This document shows positions 9,721-19,534 of a DNA stretch of 64,000 nt, in pieces. Below the pieces are notes generated by a model that saw nothing but the letters and a program-made list of their open reading frames with translations, was not told the origin of the DNA and did not search any database. Location: positions 1 to 64,000 of the IMG/VR virus record IMGVR_UViG_3300042878_001341; one strand, written 5' to 3'. Source of the DNA: a virus. The first letter of the stretch is position 1. The number at the start of each line of letters is the position of its first letter. Made by a program: the position numbers and the translations under genes.

Positions 9721-10560
9721 ATGAAAAATTATCATAAAGTTATTGTCAAACAAATTATTAACGAAATTATACAGGATAATCAAACACCTGTAATGAAATA
9801 TTATGCGTTTGACTGGGATGATAATCTTATGTTTATGCCAACAAAGATATACCTTAAAGATGATAAGGGTAAAAGTGTTGGAATGTCAACTGAAGATTTT
9901 GCGGAATATAGAACTGAAATTGGTAAAGAACCTTTTGAATATGAAGGACATACCATAGTATCCTTTGATAAGGAACCTTTCAGGGATTTTGGTGTGTTGG
10001 GTGACAAACAATTTTTAAAGGACTCAATGACCGCTCCAACAGGACCGGCATGGGATGATTTTGTGGAGGCTATTAATAATGGATCAATATTTGCAATTGT
10101 AACTGCTAGAGGTCATACTCCTTCTATGTTAAAAGAAGCGGTTTACAAATTAATTAAACAGAACAAACATGGGTTGGATTCAAACCAGTTAGCAAAAAAC
10201 CTTTTAAAGTATAGAGATTTAGCTGACGAAGAAAAATTATCTAAAGATCAACTTATACGATCTTACTTAGATATGTGTCGTTTTCATCCTGTGTCTTTCG
10301 GAGAAGGTTCGGCAACTAATCCTGAACAAGGAAAAATAAATGCAATGGAAGAATTTGTTAGTTATGTGAAAAATTTATCACATTCATTACAAGAAAAGGC
10401 ATTTATGAAAAACAAGATTAGTAACTACTTTACACCATTTATTGGTTTTTCAGATGATGATGTAAGAAATATAGAAAGTATGAAGAAGCATTTTGATAAA
10501 AAAGAAGATAATATATTAAAGACTTATTTAACTGCAGGAGGACAAAAGAAATTATATTAA
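9721..10560 (+). CDS. HAD-superfamily phosphatase-like protein
   Basis: Motif I YAFDWDDN, motif II IVTARG, a Lys in PEQGK and motif IV GFSDDD. Confidence 0.7.
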   Translation: MKNYHKVIVKQIINEIIQDNQTPVMKYYAFDWDDNLMFMPTKIYLKDDKGKSVGMSTEDFAEYRTEIGKEPFEYEGHTIVSFDKEPFRDFGVLGDKQFLKDSMTAPTGPAWDDFVEAINNGSIFAIVTARGHTPSMLKEAVYKLIKQNKHGLDSNQLAKNLLKYRDLADEEKLSKDQLIRSYLDMCRFHPVSFGEGSATNPEQGKINAMEEFVSYVKNLSHSLQEKAFMKNKISNYFTPFIGFSDDDVRNIESMKKHFDKKEDNILKTYLTAGGQKKLY

Positions 10561-10633
10561 CTAGTTTAACTGGTCTAGTAGAAGAATATGTCCAAAAAAA
10601 ATGTAAGTAAATAGAAAAATTTTATTATCGTGA

Positions 10634-10640
10634 TATTTAT
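10634..10640 (+). promoter_or_regulatory. TATTTAT putative late promoter element upstream of tail tube
   Basis: Recurrent intergenic motif. Confidence 0.55.
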
Positions 10641-10680
10641 AATAAAAACTAAAATAAACTAAAAATTAAAAAAAATAATT

Positions 10681-11169
10681 ATGGCTGATTTGTTAATGAA
10701 AATGCCAATTCCTTACGAACCTAAACGTGAAAACCGTTGGATTTTAAGATTCCCTTCATCACTTGGAATTAATGAGTGGTATGTGGAAAGTACTTCAAGA
10801 CCTAAGTTAAAGATTAACTCAGTTGCGATTCCTTTCTTAAACACTGAAACGTATGTTGCGGGTAGATTCAACTGGGAAGAAATTTCAGTTAAGTTTAGAG
10901 ATCCAATTGGACCTTCTGCTTCTCAAGCGGTTATGGAATGGATTCGTCTATGTGCGGAGTCTGTAACAGGTCGTATGGGTTATGCTGCGGGATACAAGAA
11001 AAATGTAGACTTGGAGATGTTAGACCCAACGGGAGTTGTTGTTGAGAAATGGATTTTAGAAGGAGCTTTCTTAACAGGATATGATGGTGGTTCATTATCA
11101 TATGACTCTGATAAGATCGCAGGAATCTCTTCAAATATTCGTATGGATCGTTGTATATTAGTATACTAA
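10681..11169 (+). CDS. Tail tube protein (T4 gp19-like)
   Basis: 162 aa with EPKRENRW, YVAGRFNWEEISVKFRD, YKKNVDLEMLDPTG and VEKWILEGAF. Lies downstream of the sheath gene. Confidence 0.9.
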   Translation: MADLLMKMPIPYEPKRENRWILRFPSSLGINEWYVESTSRPKLKINSVAIPFLNTETYVAGRFNWEEISVKFRDPIGPSASQAVMEWIRLCAESVTGRMGYAAGYKKNVDLEMLDPTGVVVEKWILEGAFLTGYDGGSLSYDSDKIAGISSNIRMDRCILVY

Positions 11170-11189
11170 AAAAATTTACTTTTAATATT

Positions 11190-11222
11190 AACCGTGTACA
11201 TTTATAGTGTATACGGTTTTTT
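11190..11222 (+). terminator. Rho-independent terminator after tube gene
   Basis: AACCGTGTACAT...GTGTATACGGTT stem (with G-U pairs) followed by a T run. Confidence 0.7.
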
Positions 11223-11255
11223 GTGCGATAATAAATTAAAAAAAAATATAAAAAA

Positions 11256-12020
11256 ATGGATCAAGATGCGGCTGCATATGGGCAAATGGATTTTAACTTA
11301 CCACATGATGTGGTAACACTACCTTCAGGTGGTATATTCTACAAATCAAAAAAGAAAAGTGTTAAGGTTGGTTACTTAACTGCTAGTGATGAAAATATTT
11401 TAGTAAATATTGATTCTCGTAGATCAATTAATGAAAGTGTTGTATTACCTTTATTAAGAAATAAACTTTATGAAAGAGACATTAGACCTGAAGAATTGTT
11501 GGAAAGTGATATTGAGGCAATCCTTTTGTTTTTACGTAATACATCTTTCGGTCCTGAATATAGAATTGCAACAGTTGACCCTACTAACGGACAATCATTT
11601 GAGACATCTATAATGTTAGATGAGTTAAATCTTACAAAACCTAAAGTCCAACCTGATGAAGATGGAACATTTACGGTTAAACTACCACAATCAAAACAAG
11701 ATGTTAAACTTAAAATGTTGAGTTTATATGACACGATTGAAATTGCTAAAATAATTGACTCATACCCTGCAGGTTATACTGTTCCTACAATAACAACAAG
11801 ATTAAATAAAACTGTTTTAGAGGTAAACGGTAATCCTGATAGAAATGAAATAAGCGTATTTTGTCAAAATATGCCAATTGGTGATTCTAAGTTCATAAGA
11901 AATTTCCTTAAAGAAAACGAACCGAGATTGGATTTAAGGAAAACAGTTTACGCCCCATCAGGAGAAAAAGTCGATGTTGTCATCAACTTTGGGGTGGAGT
12001 TTTTTCGGCCTTTCTTCTAA
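11256..12020 (+). CDS. Tail/baseplate assembly chaperone (T4 gp26-like)
   Basis: VTLPSGGIFY, LTASDENIL, FLRNTSFGPEY and KLPQS motifs. Canonical position between tube and tape measure. Confidence 0.75.
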   Translation: MDQDAAAYGQMDFNLPHDVVTLPSGGIFYKSKKKSVKVGYLTASDENILVNIDSRRSINESVVLPLLRNKLYERDIRPEELLESDIEAILLFLRNTSFGPEYRIATVDPTNGQSFETSIMLDELNLTKPKVQPDEDGTFTVKLPQSKQDVKLKMLSLYDTIEIAKIIDSYPAGYTVPTITTRLNKTVLEVNGNPDRNEISVFCQNMPIGDSKFIRNFLKENEPRLDLRKTVYAPSGEKVDVVINFGVEFFRPFF

Positions 12021-12162
12021 TCATTCAAAATTTTTATTAGACGAATTTTATTACTTGGCTAAATTTTTAAGGACATCATATAATGAGTTCTTAAAACTCC
12101 CAACTTATATAAGGAAATATCTTTTAGATAAGATAATAGAGGAAAATACGCCCAAAACTTAA
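11974..12162 (+). CDS. Second chaperone segment (gpT-like / gp51-like), probably expressed as a frameshift extension of the upstream gene
   Basis: Overlaps the end of 11256-12020 in the +1 frame. EFYYLAK...SYNEFLKLPTYIRKYLL resembles chaperone extension segments. Directly precedes the tape measure gene. Confidence 0.6.
   Translation: MLSSTLGWSFFGLSSNHSKFLLDEFYYLAKFLRTSYNEFLKLPTYIRKYLLDKIIEENTPKT
12000..12008 (+). other. Putative +1 programmed frameshift site TTT_TTT_CGG
   Basis: In-frame UUU_CGG near the end of the chaperone gene. A +1 slip (UUU to UUC) enters the 11974-12162 frame. Confidence 0.55.
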
Positions 12163-12190
12163 TACTTAATATTTATATTAAAAACTATTA

Positions 12191-14143
12191 ATGGCAAAAA
12201 TTGATTTTAAAACCGCATCTAATGAAGAGATAGAAAAGTATATAACTGAACAATCTCAAAATGCTTTTGATAAAGGTAAATCTGAAGGAAGTAAATCAAG
12301 TAAGTCTGATTATAAATCTTCTCTTTCGGAGGGAAGTTTAAGTACTAATAAAGAATATATAAGTAATTTTAATGCCGATTTAAGTGAAACGGGAATCGCA
12401 TTAACGGGAATACTAACGGATTTTAAAGATGCTGCCGACCCGACTAATTTTTCTGGAGCTGATTTTTTAAGAGAGTCAGCACAAAAAATGGCTAATGAAT
12501 TTGGACTTGGTCAAGCAAGAATGTCCGAATTAAAAACTACCATTGCGGATACTTTACCTGAAATGTTAAAATTGGGTATAAGTGAAAGTGAATCATTAAA
12601 CTTAATGACAAATATACCTAAAGAATTAGGTGTTAATACAACTTTAGGGAAAGAGGCTCTTGTTGAAATGGCGGCTGCGGCTAAAGTGGCTGGTGTTGAA
12701 GGTGGTAAATTAGCAAATGACTTTAAAAATGTTGGTGTATCATTATATGATGTTGGAAATAGAATGGCAGAAGTTGCAAATTACGCAAAAAGTGTTGGTG
12801 TCAATGTTCAGGCGGTATCAGGGTTAGTTGTTGGTAATTTAAAACAATTAAATTTATTCAATTTTGATAGTGGAGTTAAAGGTTTAGCTAAGATGGCATC
12901 ACAGGCATCTATGTTAGGTTTTGACATGAGAAATACATTTAGAATAGCTGAAGATTTATTGTCACCTGAAAAGGCAATTGATTTAGCGGCATCACTACAA
13001 CGTTTAGGTGTTTCAAGTAGTGCATTATTAGATCCATTGAAAGCGATGGATTTAGCTCAAAATGATCCTGAGGCATTACAAAAAGAAATGATTAATGTTT
13101 CTAAAGAATTCACTAAGTTAAAGGCAGATGGTTCAGGTTTTGAAATTTTACCAGGAGCTAAACGTAGATTAAGAGAAGTTGCCCAAGCTTTAGGTATGGA
13201 TGCTGATGAATTAGCAAATTTGTCTATTAAAACCGCTGATTTGGATATGAAAATGTCTAAAATTAAATTCCCAAGTTTGGCAGCATCTGAGGAAGATAAG
13301 ATGTTAATTGCCAATATGTCACAAATGAAAGGTGGTGAAGCCGTTGTTCAAATTAAAAACGAGTTGACGGGTAAAATGGATGAGGTTAACGTTAAAGATT
13401 TAAGTGCGGAACAAATTGAAAAATTAAAAGAACAACAGGCAAATCAAGATAAAAAGATTGAAGATATCGCTTTAGATCAATTAGATGTGTTAGAAAGAAT
13501 TAATACATCTTTAAATGCGGGTAAAACGGCAGTAAGTCTTGGTAAAGCGACAACACCTACTATGGATAGGTTTTATAATGTGATAAGTAAAACTGCAGCA
13601 ATAACTACAACAAATTTAACAAAGGATATTACAACCGAAAATGTAAGAGGTGCAGCAACAGGAGTTGTTGGTCCATTAGAACAAGAAATGGTTAGGTTCC
13701 TTCAAGGTAAGAGTACTTGGGAAACAGTTGAATCATCGTTAACTTCGGTTAAAGATAGTCTTGTAATACTTGCTGGTGATTTTGTTAAAGGTGCCGGAAA
13801 CGCAGGATTAAAAATAGGAGCAGATGTAACAAATATGTTCACTAATGAATATAAGGCTCTTGGTGTGCAACCAACTCAAATAGTATTGGATCCAAATTCA
13901 CCATTGATAAAACAGTTAGAATCGTTTTTAACACAAGCAAAAACAGGTAGTCCTACCGAAACAAAAACACAAGTTAGTGGTGAGGTTAACCATACTCTTA
14001 CTATTAAGGGAGACGGGGGAGCATTACTTAGTAATAGTGAATTTGGTAAACAAATGGTAGAATCAATGGCAGACCCAAATATTAAATCACAATTTACTAA
14101 AACATTTATGACTCCAAACGTAGGGCTTGGAGGAAAACAATAG
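12191..14143 (+). CDS. Tail tape measure protein (putative)
   Basis: 650 aa, Ala/Leu/Lys-rich and apparently helical. Follows tube and chaperone genes. Preceded by TATTTAT at 12170-12176. Confidence 0.7.
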   Translation: MAKIDFKTASNEEIEKYITEQSQNAFDKGKSEGSKSSKSDYKSSLSEGSLSTNKEYISNFNADLSETGIALTGILTDFKDAADPTNFSGADFLRESAQKMANEFGLGQARMSELKTTIADTLPEMLKLGISESESLNLMTNIPKELGVNTTLGKEALVEMAAAAKVAGVEGGKLANDFKNVGVSLYDVGNRMAEVANYAKSVGVNVQAVSGLVVGNLKQLNLFNFDSGVKGLAKMASQASMLGFDMRNTFRIAEDLLSPEKAIDLAASLQRLGVSSSALLDPLKAMDLAQNDPEALQKEMINVSKEFTKLKADGSGFEILPGAKRRLREVAQALGMDADELANLSIKTADLDMKMSKIKFPSLAASEEDKMLIANMSQMKGGEAVVQIKNELTGKMDEVNVKDLSAEQIEKLKEQQANQDKKIEDIALDQLDVLERINTSLNAGKTAVSLGKATTPTMDRFYNVISKTAAITTTNLTKDITTENVRGAATGVVGPLEQEMVRFLQGKSTWETVESSLTSVKDSLVILAGDFVKGAGNAGLKIGADVTNMFTNEYKALGVQPTQIVLDPNSPLIKQLESFLTQAKTGSPTETKTQVSGEVNHTLTIKGDGGALLSNSEFGKQMVESMADPNIKSQFTKTFMTPNVGLGGKQ

Positions 14144-14204
14144 AAAATTCTTAAAATTATGTTTTCTATAAAAAAATTCTCAAGGTATTTATTAATAAAA
14201 AAGT

Positions 14205-17200
14205 ATGTCGGATAGTACATTATCATTTGCATCTTCTTCTAATTTTAGGGATATATTATTAGCCCGTAATTTACAACCATATTCGGTACCAGGATCTTAT
14301 TCACCTAGTAGTAATAGTGTTAATTACGAAACTAATTTATCTGTGAATAGTGTAATTGACTCTCCTGACTCTTTAATTTCAACAAACCAACTTGCAAATA
14401 GTTTATATTCTCTCAATGAATATGGACCTGAAGGTGGTTATGATGGAAAATACTCAGTACCTGGAGCACCATTACCTGTGGACTCAAACTCAGGACCATA
14501 CGCACCTACCGACACAGTATTAGATTTAGTTAATGAATTTTATATTGATGCAGCATATGTTCAAAACATATATGGACCTGAGGGTGGTTATAAGGATTTA
14601 GTTATTATAACTGACGTTGTTGGTAATGCAAAATTTTATTCACCATATTGGGATCCTTCAACATTTGTAACCTCATCGTATACTCCATATGAAATAATAT
14701 TTGCGGACAATCCAAATGGAACAAATGGTCCATTATCTCAAGATACTTATTTAGCAAGAATTGGAGCTGCTCAACTTAAAGGTTTATTTGAGGAAAGAAT
14801 TGCGGCTGAATTATTACAATCAACTCTTGGTCGTGTTAATTTAGATTCATTGCAAGATCCGTTTAGTGCAAGTATGATTGCGACGGGTCAACAACCCTTT
14901 TTTACAAAAAATTGGAAAATTACCGTACCTGAGAATCCTATCAGTGCGTCTGTAAGTTTAGCTAATAGATTAACGGGAACTTACTTCCCTGTATCTTTTA
15001 TTCCTGGTGATTATTTTGATGAATCGTTTATTGATAACCCACAAACTGAAGCGGCATTAAATGTTGCAAATACCCTAACGGGTGGATTCTTAGGTCCAAT
15101 ATTAAATAAGTTTAAAAATCCTTCAGAGATATTTGTTGCAAATACAGGGTTTGGTCAAAGATCGGTATTGTTCTCAAGTTTAGATTATAACAAATATAGA
15201 CCTGCTTACAATAGAGGTATTATACAAGGAGCCACAAGTGCAATTGACAGATTGTTTGATAAAGATAAGTCACAAACGGGTGGTTATTATGTTGGTAGTT
15301 CTAATTCGGAACCTTCGCAAATTGACTCTCCTGCAAATCAAGTTCCTATTGGAAAAAATGGTAGACAAGTACAAACCATTGTATATGGTCCGCAAGAACT
15401 TGGTATTTTATATGAAGGTAATGACGCTCAATTACAGTTTGGTTTAAAAGGTAAATCATATAGTGATGGTGGTGGTATTAGTGGCCAATTTGTTTGGACA
15501 TCACCAAAATATAAAGATAATGCAGGATTTAAAGTCGGACCTGGTGGGGTACCAACAAGGTTGGACAACGAGTTTGAAGCAATTAAAAGTGATTATGGTA
15601 GATACCAATCTACTGATATTGATTTCAAAGGAGACTCAATATTAGATAAGACACAAAGACTTATTGAATCTGCCGATCAAGTACAAGGTCAAGCAAGGTT
15701 AAAACACGTAGGTAATGCAATTAACCAAGTATCTAAGGTATTCAATGATGGATACAAAGAGATGACAAAGGGTTCTATGGTATTATCATATACGGATCAG
15801 ACCGATGGGTCTCAAGCGGGTATTGAGTATTGTAGAGTGTTCCAAAAGGATACTCCTTACTTTACGTATGCTGACTTACAAAAGAGTGATGGTATTACAA
15901 CTGAAGGTAGGAAATTCTCGTATTCAGTTTTGGATAAGACATATAATCTTAACATTGCTCCACTTAAGAATCCGGGATCAACAAACATTGTAGACAACAA
16001 AGTTAAAAAATATATGTTCTCTATTGAGAATTTAGCGTGGAGAACTTCAGACAGACCTGGGTTTACTTACGATGATTTACCTGTTTGTGAAAAAGGACCA
16101 AACGGTGGTAGAGTCATGTGGTTTCCGCCTTATGACATTTCATTTAGTGATGATAGCACACCTGATTTTTCGTCTACCAATTTCTTGGGTAGACCTGAAC
16201 CAATTTACACATATAAAAATACTTCAAGAAAAGGTAGTATAAGTTGGAAGATTGTTGTTGACCACCCTGCAATTATGAATACGATTATTCAGAAACAATT
16301 AGCGGGGGTTGCAAAACAAAGAGTTGATTCAATTGTTGATTCATTCTTTGCGGGATGTACAAAATATGATATGTATGAATTGGGTATTAAATTTAATACG
16401 ATACCAACAAGAGACTTATTCACATACCAACAGATTTTAAATAATCCAAGGTTAACCAACGAAGAATTGGGGCAAGTGGCGTTTGAGATACCTGCAGACG
16501 CTGGCGTAGTTACCAAAGGTAATACTGAGGGCGCTGATGGATCAAAAGATAGTGTGGGAGCAACTAGTACTACAAAAGATGGAACAACAACATTAGAAGA
16601 TTCTGATATTTTAAAAGAATTTTTAAATTATGGATTTTATTTTGAAAATGATTGTCCTGAATGTTATGGTACATATGCAACAACTTCATCAAAACCATTT
16701 GATAGTTGGTATGATTCATATATCCCTAAACAAAGTACAACATATGTAACAAAAGCACCTGCAAAAGTATATGTTGGGGATAAAGAATTTACAAAAGAAG
16801 GTGTACAAACATTTTTTAATAATGTTATTAAGGATAATTTTAATAAATTAAAAACTGATTTTTTAGCAAAGTTAAAAGAAGTGATAATAGATAAAGGTGG
16901 TACTGTTGAATTAACATTAAGAGGTTCCGCATCGGCACCTGCAACAGTAGGATATAACTTGAATTTATCTAAAAGAAGAGTTGACACTGTACAAAAATGG
17001 TTTAAAAATCAAAAACTTGGGGATAAACTTATAAGTGAATTACCTTCAGACAAATTTAAAATTACAGTTCAAACACAAGGAGAAACTGAAGTTGTAACTG
17101 TTGGTACCGCTAATGGTGGTAATGGAGAACCAATTAATTGTACTACAAATATAACTTTAACATCGGGATCCCCAATTACAAGTGGTAGTACTGCCGGAAC

Positions 17201-19208
17201 ATCAGCTAATAGTGCGGCACAATGGTGGTCAGTTCCTGCCATGGCTTGTAGAAGAGTTGCGTTATCAGAAATTAAAGTTAAAGTTCCACCTGAACCAAAA
17301 CCTGTGGATACACCACCTACTGAAATAGTAACACCACCAAATGAGAATCCTACTAACACATATATACCTGGAAATCCATCTAGTACAATCAAACCTACGC
17401 CTAATTTAAGAATTGAACAAAAAATTAAAGAAGGTATATCTAAAAAAATATTAAGATTCTTATTCTCAGAATGTGATTACTTTGAGGTTATTAAGGAAAC
17501 TGATCCTATGGTATATGATAGCATCAAACAAAAGATTAAGTACTTCAACCCTGCGTTCCACTCAACAACACCTGAGGGATTAAATGCGAGATTAACATTC
17601 TTAAATCAATGTATGAGACCGGGACAAACAATTCCTGTGATTGGACCTGATGGTAGACCAAAATATAATGATGCGTTAAACACATCATTTGGGGCACCAC
17701 CAATCTTAATTTTAAGAATGGGTGACTTTTATAATAGTAAGATTGTACCAACGTCATTAAGTATCACATATGATCCTATTACATTTGACTTAAATCCTGA
17801 AGGTATTGGTGTACAACCAATGATTGCTAAAGTAACAATGGCATTTAACTTTATTGGTGGTCATGGACTTAAAGAACCTGTTGAAGAATTACAAAACGCA
17901 TTATCGTTTAACTATTATGCGAATACTGAGATTTACGACGAAAGAGCAACGGCAACAGAAAGTACTGAGGCAAGAGACAAATACATGGTTGAGAAGATAT
18001 TATCTAACCAACCAAAGGTAACGACTGCTGATGTTGTTAATCAACAACCAAAAAGAGGTGGAGAAGCAATTGGAACAATATCAGGAGAATCGGATATAGA
18101 TTATACTAAATTTGTTAATGATTATTGGAATAGTACTAAAGAATATTTTGACGCTTATATCAATACAAATGCGGCAATTGGTAAAAATTATAACATAGGT
18201 ATTCTTGATTTATTATATACTGATAGAGATTATTCTAAAGGTACTGCCGAATTTACTCCTGAAATAGAAGTGCCAATTTATGGTAAACCAAGTAATGTTG
18301 AAGACAAGTTAGAAAAATTATTTGATAAAGTTAATGGGGATATTTCAGGTAGAAACGATCCATTTATGCAAATAGTAGTATCTAATGATCAGTCTATAAA
18401 CAATAGTGACAAAAGAGAAATTGAAAATAAATTAAAGGAATATGTAACAGGACTTAAACCCGACTTTATTACTAACGTGAGTAATAGTGTTAAGGATTTA
18501 GTTTTATTACAACAGGACTATATTCAATATATACGAAAGGCTAATTTGGTATTATCAAAAACGGATGGTATAATGAATTCAAATAATGAACCTCAGGTAT
18601 ATGATATTTCGGGGGATACTTTTACTCAATTAGAAGATTATTTGAAAAAAATAACAGACAAACATATTGAATTTAACGACGCTAAGGGTGTTGTAAAGTT
18701 TGATGAATGTTTATATTTAAACGAAGATAATTATAAAAAGTCATCTTCTACGTTTATAGATGGTAATACGTCTACCGCCGATTTGATAACGTCAAGAAAT
18801 CAGAGTGGTTTAATGGCTAATGAACCGGCTAATAGATTTTATCAAGTTATGGCAAATGTATTAAATGATGAAAATAGTAAAAATGAGTTAAAAACTTTTA
18901 TTCTTAATAGTCAAAATTATAGTAATATACAATTTGTGACTGAAGTAGTTGATAAAGCCACTACTGGTTGTTCGGATAGATTTAAATCTTATACTGAAAT
19001 AAATAAAAAGAGATATGATGGTATTAAAACTAACGAAAGATATTTAACATTAATAAAAAGTCCGATTGAGGATAATGTTAAATTTGGGTTAAAGTACGCA
19101 AAAGTTAGTGGGACATCACAACAAAAAAAGGAAATAAAAGATTTATATTCAAATGTGAATGTGAATAATAAAGAAAAAACCTTTGATGGTAAAATTAAAT
19201 TTAATTAA
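14205..19208 (+). CDS. Large baseplate / tube-initiator-like protein with inserted OmpA-like peptidoglycan-binding domain
   Basis: Tube-fold motifs FLGRPEPIYTYKNTSR and APPILILRMGD...PMIAKV flank an OmpA-like segment FYFEND...LRGSAS...YNLNLSKRR...QGE...CRRV. Confidence 0.6.
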   Translation: MSDSTLSFASSSNFRDILLARNLQPYSVPGSYSPSSNSVNYETNLSVNSVIDSPDSLISTNQLANSLYSLNEYGPEGGYDGKYSVPGAPLPVDSNSGPYAPTDTVLDLVNEFYIDAAYVQNIYGPEGGYKDLVIITDVVGNAKFYSPYWDPSTFVTSSYTPYEIIFADNPNGTNGPLSQDTYLARIGAAQLKGLFEERIAAELLQSTLGRVNLDSLQDPFSASMIATGQQPFFTKNWKITVPENPISASVSLANRLTGTYFPVSFIPGDYFDESFIDNPQTEAALNVANTLTGGFLGPILNKFKNPSEIFVANTGFGQRSVLFSSLDYNKYRPAYNRGIIQGATSAIDRLFDKDKSQTGGYYVGSSNSEPSQIDSPANQVPIGKNGRQVQTIVYGPQELGILYEGNDAQLQFGLKGKSYSDGGGISGQFVWTSPKYKDNAGFKVGPGGVPTRLDNEFEAIKSDYGRYQSTDIDFKGDSILDKTQRLIESADQVQGQARLKHVGNAINQVSKVFNDGYKEMTKGSMVLSYTDQTDGSQAGIEYCRVFQKDTPYFTYADLQKSDGITTEGRKFSYSVLDKTYNLNIAPLKNPGSTNIVDNKVKKYMFSIENLAWRTSDRPGFTYDDLPVCEKGPNGGRVMWFPPYDISFSDDSTPDFSSTNFLGRPEPIYTYKNTSRKGSISWKIVVDHPAIMNTIIQKQLAGVAKQRVDSIVDSFFAGCTKYDMYELGIKFNTIPTRDLFTYQQILNNPRLTNEELGQVAFEIPADAGVVTKGNTEGADGSKDSVGATSTTKDGTTTLEDSDILKEFLNYGFYFENDCPECYGTYATTSSKPFDSWYDSYIPKQSTTYVTKAPAKVYVGDKEFTKEGVQTFFNNVIKDNFNKLKTDFLAKLKEVIIDKGGTVELTLRGSASAPATVGYNLNLSKRRVDTVQKWFKNQKLGDKLISELPSDKFKITVQTQGETEVVTVGTANGGNGEPINCTTNITLTSGSPITSGSTAGTSANSAAQWWSVPAMACRRVALSEIKVKVPPEPKPVDTPPTEIVTPPNENPTNTYIPGNPSSTIKPTPNLRIEQKIKEGISKKILRFLFSECDYFEVIKETDPMVYDSIKQKIKYFNPAFHSTTPEGLNARLTFLNQCMRPGQTIPVIGPDGRPKYNDALNTSFGAPPILILRMGDFYNSKIVPTSLSITYDPITFDLNPEGIGVQPMIAKVTMAFNFIGGHGLKEPVEELQNALSFNYYANTEIYDERATATESTEARDKYMVEKILSNQPKVTTADVVNQQPKRGGEAIGTISGESDIDYTKFVNDYWNSTKEYFDAYINTNAAIGKNYNIGILDLLYTDRDYSKGTAEFTPEIEVPIYGKPSNVEDKLEKLFDKVNGDISGRNDPFMQIVVSNDQSINNSDKREIENKLKEYVTGLKPDFITNVSNSVKDLVLLQQDYIQYIRKANLVLSKTDGIMNSNNEPQVYDISGDTFTQLEDYLKKITDKHIEFNDAKGVVKFDECLYLNEDNYKKSSSTFIDGNTSTADLITSRNQSGLMANEPANRFYQVMANVLNDENSKNELKTFILNSQNYSNIQFVTEVVDKATTGCSDRFKSYTEINKKRYDGIKTNERYLTLIKSPIEDNVKFGLKYAKVSGTSQQKKEIKDLYSNVNVNNKEKTFDGKIKFN

Positions 19209-19210
19209 AA

Positions 19211-19534
19211 ATGAATTTACAATATTATAACAGATATAATGAGTTTTTAATAAATGGACAACAAACCGTTACTCCATATATAAATTTACCTGCAAAAACA
19301 ACTGATAAGAATTTTATTTATAAAGTTGGACAATCAAGGTTGGATAAGATATCATTTCAATTCTATAACACACCTTATTTTGGGTGGTTAGTACAAATGG
19401 CAAACCCACAGTATAGTGGATTGGAATCAAACATACCCGATGGGGCAATTTTAACAATACCATTCCCCCTTGTTAAATCATTACAGGATTATAAAAACGA
19501 ATTAGATAATTATTTCTTCTATTATGGTAGATAA
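19211..19534 (+). CDS. LysM-like / T4 gp53-like baseplate wedge protein
   Basis: YKVGQSRLDKISFQFYNTPYFGWLVQMANP...IPDGAILTIP is a gp53 / tail-X-like pattern. Confidence 0.7.
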   Translation: MNLQYYNRYNEFLINGQQTVTPYINLPAKTTDKNFIYKVGQSRLDKISFQFYNTPYFGWLVQMANPQYSGLESNIPDGAILTIPFPLVKSLQDYKNELDNYFFYYGR

